Assembly: GCF_009914755.1 (NCBI RefSeq)
Contig: NC_060931.1
Direction: 5' to 3' (one strand)
Origin: the human T2T-CHM13v2.0 reference genome, Homo sapiens
Length of the DNA stretch: 64,000 nt
The notes beneath the pieces were generated by a model. The model was not told the origin of the DNA. It saw only the letters and a list, made by a program, of their open reading frames with translations, and searched no databases. Both the position numbers and the translations under genes were made by a program. This document shows positions 31,577 to 53,160 of the stretch, in pieces; position 1 is the first letter of the stretch, and the number at the start of each line of letters is the position of its first letter.

Positions 31577-32401
31577 ACCATATATTTTAATCAAATCAGT
31601 AATAAAATATAAATTTCGGGGTTTCAGTAATGAAAAAGAATAACAATCACCATATTATATGAAGTGGGAAAACTAGTTGCCCAATACACTTTGCTGAGAC
31701 TAAATAACTTACCAACAGTTCTATGGGCTGTTTATGTAATTATTTATCAAAAATTTAAATTTACATCACTCTTAACTTTAAAAATTCTACGAATAGATAT
31801 TATACTAGGGAAGTCTATCCGTTAGGATGCTTTTGAAGGCAAATAACAGCATACTTAACCTCATATTAGCTTAAACTATAAAGTGAGTTTAATAGGTCTA
31901 TCTTAGACAACAGTATCTTGCTTCAAGTTAGGTGTGAATTAACAGCTCAAGAGATAAAATGGCAACAACATTTCTTCCTCTGATTATATCTGCTTCATCT
32001 GCATGCAGTTTTGCATTGGGCAATAGATCTTGTGTTTCAATACTGATTGGTATGAATTCCAAAAGGAACATTATTCTAGGTTCAAATCCAGCAAAGAATA
32101 AAAATTCTGCTTGCTTTATAACTAAACTAAAAGTTGTGAAATTGAGACTTTGGGTTATCTGACTCAAACCATGTATGATACATATGTACATTATATATAT
32201 ATATATATATGTATGTAATGATACATACATACAATACAAAGATTGAATTATATATGTATCAGTTTATACTTTTGTTCTTATTTCAACTGTAATTTTTTTC
32301 AAGTGATGGGAGAGAATTGTTAAAACTATATCTGAGTTAGACAAAGAGTATTCCCACCAACATTTTTCTCCCTCATCCTTCTCCTCTTCCTTTCCTAATT
32401 A

Positions 32402-34795
32402 CAGACATATCTCTTTTTTATTGTGCTTCATTTTATTGCACTTCACAAATACTGTGCTTTTTACAAATCAAAGGTTTGTGGCAACCCTGAGTCCAGCAAG
32501 TCTATTGGCACCATTTTCCCAATAGCATGTGCTCACTTTGTGTCTCTGTGTCACGTTTTGGTCATTCTTACAATATTTTAAGCTTTTTCATTTCATATTT
32601 AGGAAAAATATGTTAGGCTTCAATAGTAAATATATATTATATTTACTATTATGGTATAAGTATGTTATGTTGTGGTTATCTTGTGGTGACCTGTGATCAG
32701 TGATCTTTGATGCTACTATTGTAATTATTTTGGGGTATCAAGAAGCATGCTCATGTAAGACAGTGAACTTAATAAATGTGTGTTCTGACTGCTCTACCAA
32801 CTAGCCAATGCAATCTCCCATCTCCCTCCCTCTCCTCCGGCATCTCTATCTCCTGAGACACAACATTTAAATTAGACCAGTTAATAACTTTACAATGGCC
32901 TCAAAGTGTTCAAGTTAAAGGAAGAGTCACAAATCTCTCACTTTCAATCAAAGGCTAGCATGATTAAGCTTAGTGAGGAAGGCATGTCAAAAACCCAGAC
33001 AGGCCAAAAGCTAGAGCTCTTGCACTAAACAATTAGTCAAGTTATAATAAAGAGGAAAAGTTCCTGAAGAAAATTGAAAGTGTTACCCTAGTGAACAATA
33101 TGAATGAAAAGAATGTGAAACAGCCTTACTGCTGATATGGAAAAGGTTTTAGTGATCTGGATAGAAGATCAAACCAGGCACTCCCTTAAGCCAAAGCCTA
33201 ATCAAAACAAGGCCCTAACTGTTCAATTCTATGTAGTCTGAGAGAGGTGAGGAAGCTGCAGAAAAAAAGTTGGAAGCTAGAGGAGGTTGGCTCATGAGGT
33301 TCAAAGAAAAAAGCCACCTTCATCACATAAGAGTACAAGGTGAAGCAGCAAGGGCTAATGTGGAAGCTGCAAGTTATTCAGAAGATCTAGCTTAGATAAT
33401 TGTTGAAGGTGGCTACACTAAATAACCAATTTTCAATGTAGACAAAATAGCCTTCTATTGAAAGAAGATGCTATCTGGGACCTTCATAGCTAGAGGGGAG
33501 AAGTCAATACCTGGCTTCAAAGCTTCAAAGGGGATGATGACTGCATTAGGGACTAACGCAGCTGGTAATAAAGTTGAAGCCAATGTTCACTTACCATTCA
33601 GAAAATCCTAGGGCCCTTAAGAATTATGCTAAACCTACTCTACCTGTGCTCTATAAATGAAACAAGAAAGCTGCAATGACGACGTGGTTTATCAAAGACT
33701 TTAAGCCCACTGTTGAGTTCTACTGCTTAGAAAAAATATCCTTTTCAAAATATTACTACTCATTGAAAAGGCACTTAGTCACCCAAGAGCTCTGATGAAG
33801 ATGTACAAGGAGATGATTGTTGTTAACATGCCTGCTAACATATTTATTCTGCAGCCCATGGATCAAGGATTAATTTTCACTTACAAGTCACTCTTTAAGA
33901 AACACATTTTGTAAGGCTACAGTTGTTGTAGATAGTAATTCCTCTAATAGATCAGGGCGAAGCCAATTGAAAACCTCCTGGAAAGAATTCACCATTCTAG
34001 ATACCTTTAAGAACATTTGTGACTTATGGGCAGAGGTCAAAATATTAATATTAACTGCAGTTTGCAAGAAGTTAATTCCAACCCTCATGGATGACTCTGA
34101 GGGGTACAAGACCTCAGTGGAGAAAGTCATTGTATTTGTGGTGGAAACCTCAAGAGAACTAGAATTAGAAGTGGAGCCTAAAGAAGTGACTGAATTGCTG
34201 CAATCTCATGATAAAATTTGACCAGATGAGAAGTTGCTTCTTACGGATGAACAATAAAAGTGTTTCTTGAGATGGAATCTATTCCTGGTGAAGATGCTGT
34301 GTATATTGTTTAAATGACAACCAAGGATTTAGAATATTACATAAACCTTATTTGATAAAGAAGCAGCATAGTTTGAGGGGATTGATTCCAATTTTGAAAG
34401 AAGTTCTATGGATAAAATGCAAGCACACAGCTTCACATGTTACAGAGACATCTTTGAAAACTTCATTGTTGCCTTATTTTCAGAAATTGCTACAGCCACT
34501 CAACCCTGAGCTACCACTACCCTGATCAGTCAGCAGCCATCAACCTCTAGGCAAGACCCTCCACCAGCAGAAAGATTACAATTTGCTGAAGGCTCAGATG
34601 TTTGTTAGCATTTTTTAGCAATAAAGTATTTTTAATTATGATATGCACATTGTTTTGCAAACATGTGTTTGCACACTTAATAGACTATAGGTAGTGTAAA
34701 CATAACTTTTATATGCACTGAAAAACCAGAATTTCGTGTGACTTGCTTTACTGTGGTGGCCTGGAACCAAACTCAGTATCTCCAAGGTGTGCCTG
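32402..34795 (+). mobile_element. Full-length Tigger1 (TcMar-Tigger) DNA transposon with decayed transposase
   Basis: TA|cagacatatctc ... aggtgtgcctg|TA termini. ORF remnant 33967-34221 (KTSWKEFTILD...ELELEVEPKEVTELLQSHDK) resembles Tigger1/TIGD1 transposase. Confidence 0.93.
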
Positions 34796-34797
34796 TA

Positions 34798-35330
34798 TTG
34801 GTTTTCAGCACTTTGACTATAATGTGTGTAGGTGTGGTTTTCTTTGCATCTATCCTACCTGAAGAGTGTTGAATCTCTTATATCTTGAGTTTGAAATTTT
34901 TAATTAAATTTAGAAATTTTTCAGCCATTGTTTATCTGGATATATTTTTCTGAACCATTATCTCGCCCTTTTTCTAGGACTCTAATTGCAGATATGCAGA
35001 ATGGCTTGATTTAGCTTCACAGGTCATTCTGGCTCAATTTTTTTTTTTAACTTCTGCTGTCTGTGCTTTAGTTGAATATCTCTTGGTGCGTCTTCAAGTT
35101 CCTTAATCCTTTTCTCTTAAATATTCAATCTGCTTTTAATCCTCTTGAATGAATTGTTTGCCTTTTTCAGTTCTGGAATTTCCATTTAGTTCTTCTTTTG
35201 AGTCTTTATATCTCCACAGAATTCTTCATTTTTTCACTCATTATATATATCTTTTCTTATAATTTATTTAATACATTTTAATATTTAAAAGTCATTGTTT
35301 GCTAATCACACCATCTATAATTGTTTCTGT
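34798..35330 (-). mobile_element. Old L1M ORF1-region fragment
   Basis: tttgactataatgtgtgtaggtgtggttttc...aaattttcagccatt antisense L1M motifs. Confidence 0.6.
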
Positions 35331-36232
35331 GACTTTCTCTATAATGTCTTCCTATCCAAATAGACCAAAAACTTTACAACACAGAGATTATGATTGGCTG
35401 TTTCTCTTCTTTATCCAAGAGTAAATACCTAATATGTATTTGTTGAGTGAAGGAATGAATCAAAGAACAGTCCCCTAAGCACCACAAGCTTTACAAGTGC
35501 AATGCCATAAAAAATGCTCATAAAGACACTTGTAACAAATTTTTGAACCAAGCCCCAAATATAAAAATGGTTCCAGTGGCATATATATTTTTCACTATTA
35601 AAGTTATAGTAATGGAAGTCATTTTACTCAAATGCTTTTTAATTTTTCATAGTTGATACTAACATAAGGATTTTTTTGTCTGGTAGTGCCATAGATGGAG
35701 CAGAGTGAAGCAAGATAAAGCCTGTTGATTTTTCAATTCTTGTAGTTTTCCTAAGCTTGCAGGTGAGTAGTCATCATTTTTATGATTCTCTTTTTCAAAA
35801 CCATCCACAATATTTTCTGTGGTTCCTGTGTGATTCATCTATAGTAGGTTGTTCATGTAAAGACCACATAACTGCAGTTGGCTATTCTCTCTCTCTCTCT
35901 CTCAAAATTTAACTGGTAAAACAGCATAAAGCAACACAAATCTCAGTGAGACGCCATTAAGTATACCTGATCTTGGAAGCTACTTTCTTTAAATACATTT
36001 AGAATTTAACCTGACTGTAGGTTTCAGAGTCCAAATCAAATCCCATGTGGAAGTCAGCCCCTTTGAAAAATTCTCATAAGTTTACCAGTGGACAAGAATA
36101 ACGTAGTTAAAAAACAAAAGTGTGCCAAGTAGAGTCAGATGACAAATCTCCAGTATCCAGTATATTTTTAAAAATATGTTACTCTATTTGAACCAAAGGT
36201 ATGGAGCTGGGAAATTCCAACAATAAAATGAC

Positions 36233-36547
36233 TATGGCAGTTCCTCTGATCTGAAGGGGATACGTTCCCAGAGCCCCAGTGGATGCCCAAAACCACAGAT
36301 AACAGTGAACTCTACTGATGCTATGTATTTTTTCCTATATATACATACCTATGATAAAATTTAGTTTATAAATTAGGCACAGTAAATATTAGAAAAAGTA
36401 ACTAATAGTTAAATGAAACAATTTTAACAATATATTGTAATAAAAGTTATGTGAATGTGGTCTGTCTCTCTCAGAAGATATCCTATTGTGCTGAACCACA
36501 GGTAACTGAAGGTACAGAAAGTAAAATAGTGGGTGGGGGTAACTATC
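36233..36547 (-). mobile_element. MER44 (Tigger7-derived MITE)
   Basis: ggggatacgttcccagagccccagtggatgcc...aaattaggcacagtaa...taataaaagttatgtgaatgtggtc. Confidence 0.85.
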
Positions 36548-37194
36548 CCATGTATATCCTGGCACACATAGCCCTGGCTACACATAGCAATGACTCAAGG
36601 ATCAAGTCCCTAACTCCTTTTATTTTATACTCCAGACTTTCTGCCTTTCTAAGAATCTTGAAAAATAAGAGACTGCATTTTGTTTTTGTTTCATTAAAGG
36701 CGGGTGTAGTGAATGTTTATAGAATATCAATAATGTAGTTTGTAGCTTTGCATAATTAAAGGCACCCCTTATGTTAATAAAATTACATGAAAAGAGGCAG
36801 TACAAAACAAAGCATTAATATGTTCACACATTTGGTCTTATTTCAGGCAAGCTTAATTACAAAGACATGGGTGTCTGCTACACCTATAAAAATATTTTTT
36901 GTCACTTAGAGCTATCAAGCCTTATACCCATTTATGATATTAGTGAAAAAGAGCAAACATCATCATAATGGCCCACCAGTGAATACTTGCAGCCATGGCT
37001 GTGTAGACTATGAATCTGCAAATAGAAGCATATGTAAATGAACAAAGACTTTCCACACACACGCAAAAGAAGATAATATGTTATTCTCTGTGTCTATGTT
37101 AAAGTGCCAACCAACAGAAAAAGCTGAGGAGATTCATTTCTCACGTGCATCATTAGTGTCAGATGCAGCAATTGTGATAATGCAAAATCCACAG

Positions 37195-37435
37195 TTGCTT
37201 TAAGTCAGAAAACCCAGACTGAGTTCTAGCTTCTCCCGTTCCTCACTTCATGCCATTGGGCAAGACACTTAACTTCTCTGAGCCCCAAATTTTTAATTTT
37301 TGAAGGTTAAATCAATAATTTATAAGTCACGCACTTGGTATGAGGACTATACAAAAGTTACATAGTGATTTATATTTATGTTAATAATTTTTAATATCTA
37401 GTGTCTGACACATATTATGCAGGTAACAAATATTT
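37195..37435 (+). mobile_element. MIR
   Basis: ttgggcaagacacttaacttctctgagcc core. Confidence 0.7.
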
Positions 37436-37637
37436 ATTCCACTTCCTCCTCTTGTCTGACAGAATTGTGAAGATCAAGTGAGGTAGTATATATGAATGAA
37501 CTTTATATGAAAGAGATAAAATATAGCTATTTTCCTTGTTGTTGCAAAGAATATGAGCACACTAAGTTTCTACCTAGGAACAAACAATTGAACTGTGATT
37601 CATTTTAAGTTTACAAGATAGTTCAGGGCTGGATTTT

Positions 37638-37680
37638 TTTTTTTTTTTTTTTTTTTTTGAGACGGAGTCTCGCTCTGTCG
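37638..37680 (-). mobile_element. Extremely 5'-truncated Alu (22 nt plus poly-A)
   Basis: T-run followed by gagacggagtctcgctctgtcg, flanked by a perfect 14-bp TSD cagggctggatttt (37624-37637, 37681-37694). Confidence 0.9.
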
Positions 37681-38636
37681 CAGGGCTGGATTTTAGATAG
37701 AGAGCAGCAAAGCTCACAATGTTTTTGGATAAAATTTACCCTGAGCATCCATTCAGAGAGTGAACTAACTCTGAGACAATCACAGGCAATTGGGACAGCT
37801 TTTGGGACTATAATATGCATATGAGTCCCGAGCATGCTGTTCCTTACATATGCAGAATAAACAATTGCCTACATAAGATTTGAAGCAGGTACTATGCAAT
37901 CCCTATATTTCCATAAATAGCCAGGTTCCAAAGTGCCTTATATTCCATCAAGGGAGATTCATTTTACCATCATTGGTATAGGGGTTACGGAAAATTACAG
38001 AAATTAAAAGCACTTTGTAAGCCATTATTCACTTAACAAACTAGACTGATTATCACCTTCATCACTGTCACCATTGCCATCAATTGGTTCTATTCCCAAC
38101 AAATTACGTCTGGTTGAGAAAATAGGTAAAATTCATTCACACAAAAATGTTAGGTAAAGGACAGGAGAGATCAAGATCACTATTTGCCTTGCTTTGGTAA
38201 AATACTGGGTAAAAAGGGTGACCTAAAATATGGAAGGAGTCAGAAGAAAAAAAAAATTGGTACCAATTGTAACATTTGTTAATAATCTACCAAATAATGG
38301 GCTAAGCTCATTACATGAATTATCTTATTTAAGGAATTAGTTAAGGGATGATTTAGCACATTTACAAATACTTTATAAGAGAATTTGGAGATACTAATGC
38401 TCTCCGGATATAAAGCTTGGAATTTCATTAGCCATCATAAGCTTATAAAGTAAGCTACCCTGAGAACAATGCTGGCACCCCAAGCAGGGCAGAGTCAAGA
38501 GAATCACAGATACATAGTGTCACTGCCATGATTAAGGGACATGTGAAGCTCACCATATTCTCTTATTCCCCATTAATGTGCACTTCGTGAAAAGTAAACT
38601 ATAAAATGTAAATAAATAGCATAGGGCCTGCCTGGA

Positions 38637-39050
38637 TGCTATATTTGGCTTGCTCGACCCCTCCAAATGTCATATGGAAATTTTATCCCCAGTATTGGAG
38701 GTGGGCCTAACTAGAATTGTTTGAGTTATGGAGGCAAATCCCTCATTAATGTCTTCATCTTACTTTATTAGTTACCAAGAAAGCTGGTTGTTAAAAAGAG
38801 CCCAGCACCTCCCCCACCCTTTTCCCCTCTCTCTTGCGTCCTCTCTCCCTTGCCATGTGATCTCAGTACACACCAGTTCCTCTTAGCCTTTTGCTGTGAG
38901 TATAAGCAGTCTGAAGCCCTCACCCAAAGCAGATGCTGGCATCATGCTTCTTGTACAGTCTACAGAACTGTGAGCTAAATAAACCTTTCTACTTTATAAA
39001 TTACCCAGCTTCAGGTAGTCCTTTATAGCAACACTAAATGGACTGAGACA
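38637..39050 (+). mobile_element. MSTB-type MaLR solo LTR
   Basis: tgctatatttgg...tttataaattacccagcttcaggtagtcctttatagcaacactaaatggactgagaca; TSD ctgga/ctggc. Confidence 0.88.
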
Positions 39051-39257
39051 CTGGCCTAATGCCTGTAAGGTTTTGCCTATGTATAACCTTATTATGAGAA
39101 TATCACCTATTCCTTGTGTATACCCACATTGTTGAAATCCACCCATTCCAAAGTATGTCCTTCAAAGAGTGGCACAATTTATATCTAGAAAAAAATTAAC
39201 ATAAGAAATAAGTACTTAAGAAAATTGTCTTCCTTAAATTATAATCTATTTAAAGAG

Positions 39258-39878
39258 TGTGGGATGTGTGTCAACTTGACTGGGCTACAGGTGCACAGAC
39301 ATTTAGTCAAACATTATTCTGATCGTGTCTGCGTGGACGTTTCCGATTAGATTAAATTTAAATCAATAGATGAGTAAAGAAGATTGCCCTCTCCAGTGTG
39401 GGTGAACCTCATCCAATCAATTGAAGACCATAATCAAACAATAAGGCTGAGTAAGAGGGAACTTTTCTTGCCTGAGTGGTTTAAGCTGGGACATTGGTCT
39501 TTTCTTGCCTTCAGACTCAAAATGAAACATCTGCTCTTTATGGCTTGAGCCTGTTGGCTTTTTGACTAGAACTTACACCATCGGGTCTCCTGTTTCTTAG
39601 GCCTTCAGATTTAGAGTGGAACTATACCATCATCTCTCCTGTGTCTCCAGCTTTCCATGTGACCATAGAACCTCTCAGACTCCATAATCATGTGAGCCAA
39701 TTCTCTATAATAAATTATATATATAAATGATATGTATATTATATTATATATCTATTACTATATATAATTTTATATGTAAGTATATATTAGCTACATATTT
39801 TAAATTATGTGTATAATGAGATATTTATTTATTTATACATATCCTGTTAGTTCTGTTTCTCTGGAGAACTCTAACACA
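39258..39878 (+). mobile_element. MLT2 (ERVL) solo LTR with internal TA-rich tract
   Basis: tgtgtcaacttgactgggcta...ttctgtttctctggagaactctaacaca; TSD aagag/aggag. Confidence 0.88.
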
Positions 39879-39889
39879 AGGAGAGAATC

Positions 39890-42230
39890 TTGGTTTTTAG
39901 TTAGGTGAAGCAGCTTGATTAGACTAACCCCCCTACTGATAACAACTATAAACTAAGGAAATAATAAAGAAAACAATCATGGAAGTCATTGGAGAATGAC
40001 CAAAAGCAGAACCTAGAGAGGGTATCACCCTTATCAAGAAGGAAACACACTAGGAGGAGATCCACAAGCAATACTTATATTTTCCCTCAGGTTGCTACTA
40101 GTCTTGTGGCTCACGAAGGGATAGAGCTCAAACAAAAAGAAGAAACTCTATTGATCTGGGAAGTATTTTTCTTTTTTCTTTTCCTTTTTCTTTCTTTCTT
40201 TCTTTCTTTCTTTTTTTTTTTTTTAGTTCAGCGCCACTAGAACAGTGGGAAACTAGTAAGGGAACACCTCAGAAAGATGCAGCTACAGAAGCAGCAACTG
40301 CAAATATGCACACAAATTCCCCTCAAATCCTGAATTGACCCTGAATTGCACATAGATAAGGCAAGGTTTCAGGGACACTAGCAGAAGGATACAGGTGGAA
40401 GGTTTAAAGAACTTTCCAAGATTTCAGTAGCTGCCCATTACCGGACAGACAGAGATTGGAGTTGGAGTCTTGTCAAGTTAGAAAGGCTTAGTAAATACCT
40501 TGCATTTTCACTTGACACCAAACTCTATATCCAGTGGCAAAAGCAAAACAGAAGTAGACTTATCCCAACAAAGGCCCAAACCAAGTTTCCACCCATAATT
40601 AAACTGCTCACTAGAATAAAACAAATCATCCTTCATAAAAGACTTTTTAAAATGAAAAGATAAAAAATGGGCAAAGAGATGGGTACATTTTTGGAAAAGG
40701 TACAAACTGTAAATGAACTACATGGAAATCCTAGACTTGAAAAAGAAGCATGTGAAATAAGAAATTTATTGGATAATTTTACCAACATATTTAGCACAAC
40801 AAAAGAAAGGATATATGAGGCTGAATCACAGAAAGATAAAAAGAATTAAGACAAATGAGCAAACCCTCAATGACTTGTGGTATAAAATCTAAAATACATG
40901 TAATCAGAGTCCCAGAAATAGAAGATAAAGAAAAAGGGTAAAAAGTCACTTTTTCAATACATAGATACAGGAAGATCAGAGCACCCCAAGCAAGAAAAAT
41001 ATTTAAAAATACAAAAGAAAACAAAAGAATAAAAATAGGCAATTTGGAACCAATCTTACATAAACCAAAGAAAAGAAAAGAATATCTTAAAATTGGTTGA
41101 GGGAGGGGGAACTATTGCTTACTGGGGAACAACAGTAAGAATGACAGCATTAGGAGATCGAAGATAAGAAAACAATTTTTAAAGTGTTATAAGAAAAAAA
41201 AATGTTAGCCTAAGATGATATAAACTGGGAAATTGTCCTTAAGAGATGAAAGCCAAATAAATACATTTGCAGAAAAATCAAAATCTTGAGAATGTGTTGC
41301 ATATGGATTTGCGCTCCAAGAAATGCTACAGGTTCCTCAAGTTGAATGGAAATGATACCAGATAAAACTACAGTTGTCCCTCAATATCCATGGGAAATTG
41401 TCTCCAGGACCCCCTGGGATACCACAATTCACAGATGCTTAATTCCTTTATATAACAAGTGTATTATTGCATATAACCTACACATTTTCTCTTGTATACC
41501 TCAAATCATCTCTAAATTACTAATAGTACCTAATACAATGTAAATGCTGTCTAAATAGTTGTTATACTGTATTGATTAAGGGATAATGACAAGAAAAAAA
41601 GTCTATACAGTTCAGAACAGACCCAACAATTTTTTTCAAATATTTTCCATCTGCATGTATATGAATCCACAGATGCAGAATTCACAGATGAGAAGGGCCA
41701 ACTGTACAGATCTCTGAGAAGAAATTTAATAACGAATATGTGGGTAGTAATAAATATTTTTTTCTTAAATTCTTTGGAAGTTAACTCACAGTTTAAATAA
41801 AAACAGTAATTTTTTTTTGGTGAGGCTTATAATAGATCCAAAGTAAAATTCATTATAACTATAGCATAATAGACAGGAAGTGTGTAAATATAATAAATTA
41901 CAATGTTGCAAGGTTCTTACTCTTTCCACATATTGCAAGATTCTTACTTTTTCCACAAGGTAGTAAAATATTAATCCATAGGAGTCTGTTGTGTGTGTGC
42001 ATTGTAATATCTAGAGTAATCTGTCGACAAAATAATGTAATGAAGGGACTCTAAAAATCAAATAGGACAATAAAATGAATCCTAAACAATACTCTGCTCA
42101 AAATAAGTCAGTAAAAGGAAGAACAAAGATCAGAGGGTGCACATACATAAAACTTAGCAAGATAGTGAGTGATAAGCTCAATCACATCAATAAGTGTATT
42201 AAATGTAATGAATAAAACACTCTAATTATA
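39890..42230 (+). mobile_element. Old L1M 5'/ORF1 region interrupted by MER2
   Basis: A-rich ORF1-like remnants (aatgacttgtggtataaa...catgtaatcagagtcccagaa; aagatgaaagccaaataaatacattt). Confidence 0.6.
41371..41704 (+). mobile_element. MER2 (Tigger-derived MITE)
   Basis: TA|cagttgtccctc ... aagggccaactg|TA TIRs; internal cctaatacaatgtaaatgct. Confidence 0.88.
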
Positions 42231-42279
42231 TTTGTCAATAAATCAATGTAAAAATAATTTAGTTTGCCCAGATCAAGAT

Positions 42280-43150
42280 AATAGATTAAATACAGACATT
42301 TAATTTCTGCTCATTTCCTGCCTTATATAAGCCTACTAAAATTAGAGTAAAAGTGTTTTATTTTTCTTTTTGCCCCAAATGGTTTTTTGGGTGTTAATCC
42401 CTAAATCAAAGAGAATATGAAAGGACACAATGGCATTAAAGATATATATATTTTGGAAAGTGAGAAAAAAGAAAGAAGAAGAAATTATCAATGGCATAAG
42501 TCAAGAAGATGTCATAGAACTGAAGGACATAGACATGAGCTCCCAGATGTAAACAGCTCACCAAGCAACTAGTACAATGGTTGTGAATTAACCCACATCA
42601 TTGTGAAATTTCAGAGTGCTGAAGGCAAATAGAAGGTGCTACTGGCTTGCAGAGAGGCAAAACAAAAACAAAAAACATTTTTTATACAAAGGTATGGAGG
42701 CTAGTTGATGGAAGTTTTTTTAAGCTAGAAGACAGTGGAGCAAGTCTTCAAAATTCTAAGCAAAAATGATTTCTAATCTAGAGTTCCATACTAATGCCTA
42801 ATAATTTTACTTCTAATGTAACATTTTTAATAAGCTACTGAAAACAGAATCCAATAATTTAAACAACAACAAAAAGTAACCAAGAAGGAGAAATACAAGA
42901 AATCTAAGAAATAGGGAATCCATTACAGGATGGAAGTTAAAGGAATCCACAGGATGACGGTAGAGGAAAAGCCAACTCATATTCATTTGCTACGTAGCAG
43001 GTCAGAAATCTCCCAAAGAGATTTTTCTTTTTTTCAAGAAAATAATGGGTAGAATATTTAATAGGATTTAATCTAGTAAGAATAAAATTGTGTACACCAG
43101 TTAAGGAAGGTTTGGGTTTGAAATACCAAGAGAACATAAAATACTAAGAC
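42280..43150 (+). mobile_element. HAL1 / old L1 ORF1-like fragment
   Basis: cacatcattgtgaaatttcaga...aagctagaagacagtggagcaagtcttcaaaattct. Confidence 0.5.
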
Positions 43151-43532
43151 AAAAAAAGTAATCCATCAGCAAGGGCAAATGACCAGACCAAGCATATGCC
43201 ATGTCTGCTAAAACGGCAACAAGCCAGTCTTAACAATGAAGCTAGTTCGTGAGGGAAAATCATGAAAATTATGGAGACAGGAGTGGTAGTCGGGTTTAGT
43301 TTACTTATTGTTCATCACATTCTTGGAGAACACACAGAAATCTAATGGAGCTGGAAGTCAGATTCTGTGTGAGAGACTTTAAAATTACATAATTAGGGAA
43401 AAATCATGCAATTTAAAGGATACTGACTCTTACTGGTATAAGAGACTAGCATCCAACAGCAACACAATATGGAAACCAACCCTATTTTATAAGCAACCTA
43501 TTTATGTATGGAAATCACCTACCTTTCTAAAA

Positions 43533-44048
43533 TGTTATAGGCATCCTCTGAGGTGGCCCACTAATGATAGGCACTTCCTGATGTTCATATTTTTTGTTTA
43601 ATCTCCCATTCTTTGAGTATAGGCTGGACTTATTGACTCACTTCTAAGGAATGGAATGCTGTGGAATATCACTTTCTAAACTAGGTTATAAAAAGACTGT
43701 GGCTTCCATCTTTGGTTCTCCCTCTCCCTCTGTCTTGTTCACTCCAGGGGAAACCAGGTTCCATGTCATGGGGCAGCCCTGTAGATCAGCCCACATAGTT
43801 GAACTTGGAAACAGATTTTCTAAATCTTACCAAGAGTCACATGTGTGAACTTGTAAGTGACTCTCCCCCAAGTCAAGTTTTGAAATTACTGGACTCCTTG
43901 ATCACATCCTGATAAGGGAGTAAATCATCACCCTCCAGCTCAACTACTCCTCCTTATGACTCACGGTAACTGTGAAGTAATAAATCTTTTTGCTTTCAGT
44001 TGCTATGTCCTGGGGAAATTTGTTATGCAGCAATAGACAGCTAATACA
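43533..44048 (+). mobile_element. MLT1 (F-like) MaLR solo LTR
   Basis: aggctggacttattgactcacttcta...aggttataaaaagactgtggcttcc...ttgttatgcagcaatagacagctaataca. Confidence 0.8.
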
Positions 44049-45069
44049 CCTAGTGGGATCAGAAAGCTGGGCTTCAGGCCTTGTAGTTACAGCTTATATG
44101 GTAAGGTGAATGGCTGACCCAATTTACCCCCTCAGCTTTCTACCAAAATTGATTGCCTTAAGCACTCAGTTATGACCAGTTTTCATAGAATTTTATAGAA
44201 GGCCACCTTGCAAAGAAGTCTTAGACAAACTAATCTTTGATTCTCAGTTTAAACCTTCTCTGTGATCACAAAAGGGGACTTCATAGATCAGAAAGATCTA
44301 TAGACATCAGACGTATAGATCAGATTAGAATACACTAACATGTCAGCAACTTGTAGTTGCAATGCTAGTCACAAATATGATTATGATAAACTCTGGAGGA
44401 TGGATAACAGAATACATAGGAGAAGAAACATTTCAAAAAATACACTTGAAGCTCTCTTCTATGTCAGACTGTGGGAGCTCTGACCTGACTAGAGAAAAGG
44501 TCCCAACGTTCTTACTTGGGTGCCTTATACAAACATCCTTCCTGTTACTCTATTCGGGACAATGATTCTCCCACTTTTCCACTTGTTGATAGCCTCTATA
44601 AAACATAATGCTGGTAAGGATGTAACACTTCTTCATTGGCCAATATTGAAAAGCCATTCCATTGTATAAAACTACCCTTGCAAAAGAATCTTAGCTAGCC
44701 CACGGTGACTCCAAGTCCCAGACTATCTAAATGGCCATTTGACTTAGCTTGATGTAAAAAAAAATCTATATTATAGTCAGATTAATCACCCCTACATGGG
44801 GATAAAATATAACTGAGGTTGTGGATTATTTTGACTTTCACTATCAGTGCCCTTTCCTTCAGTAAGATAACTTGTCTGAACCACAGGGGCCAGAAAACAA
44901 GCCCTGGAAAACTCGCAGTGGCCAGATAATCAATTTAAGGCAGCATATTAGAGTCTCCTTTGGCAGACAGGGGAGCATCATGTATCTACATAGAAAGAAC
45001 CACATGGAAGGGGCACATTGTCCCATCCAGAGAGTGCCATTTATAGTCCTAGGGTCCAGTCACTGGCTG

Positions 45070-46250
<1,181 letters not shown>

Positions 46251-46275
46251 AATTCGTTACAAGAATCATTGGATA

Positions 46276-53160
<6,885 letters not shown>

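Noticed and set aside
33967-34221. Tigger transposase fragment as a domesticated TIGD gene
   Set aside because: The surrounding transposase frame has many stops and frameshifts; only short remnants are open.
43331-43371. Inverted repeat cacacagaaatct...agattctgtgtg as a pre-miRNA or other ncRNA
   Set aside because: The stem is short and bulged, with no other RNA-gene features.
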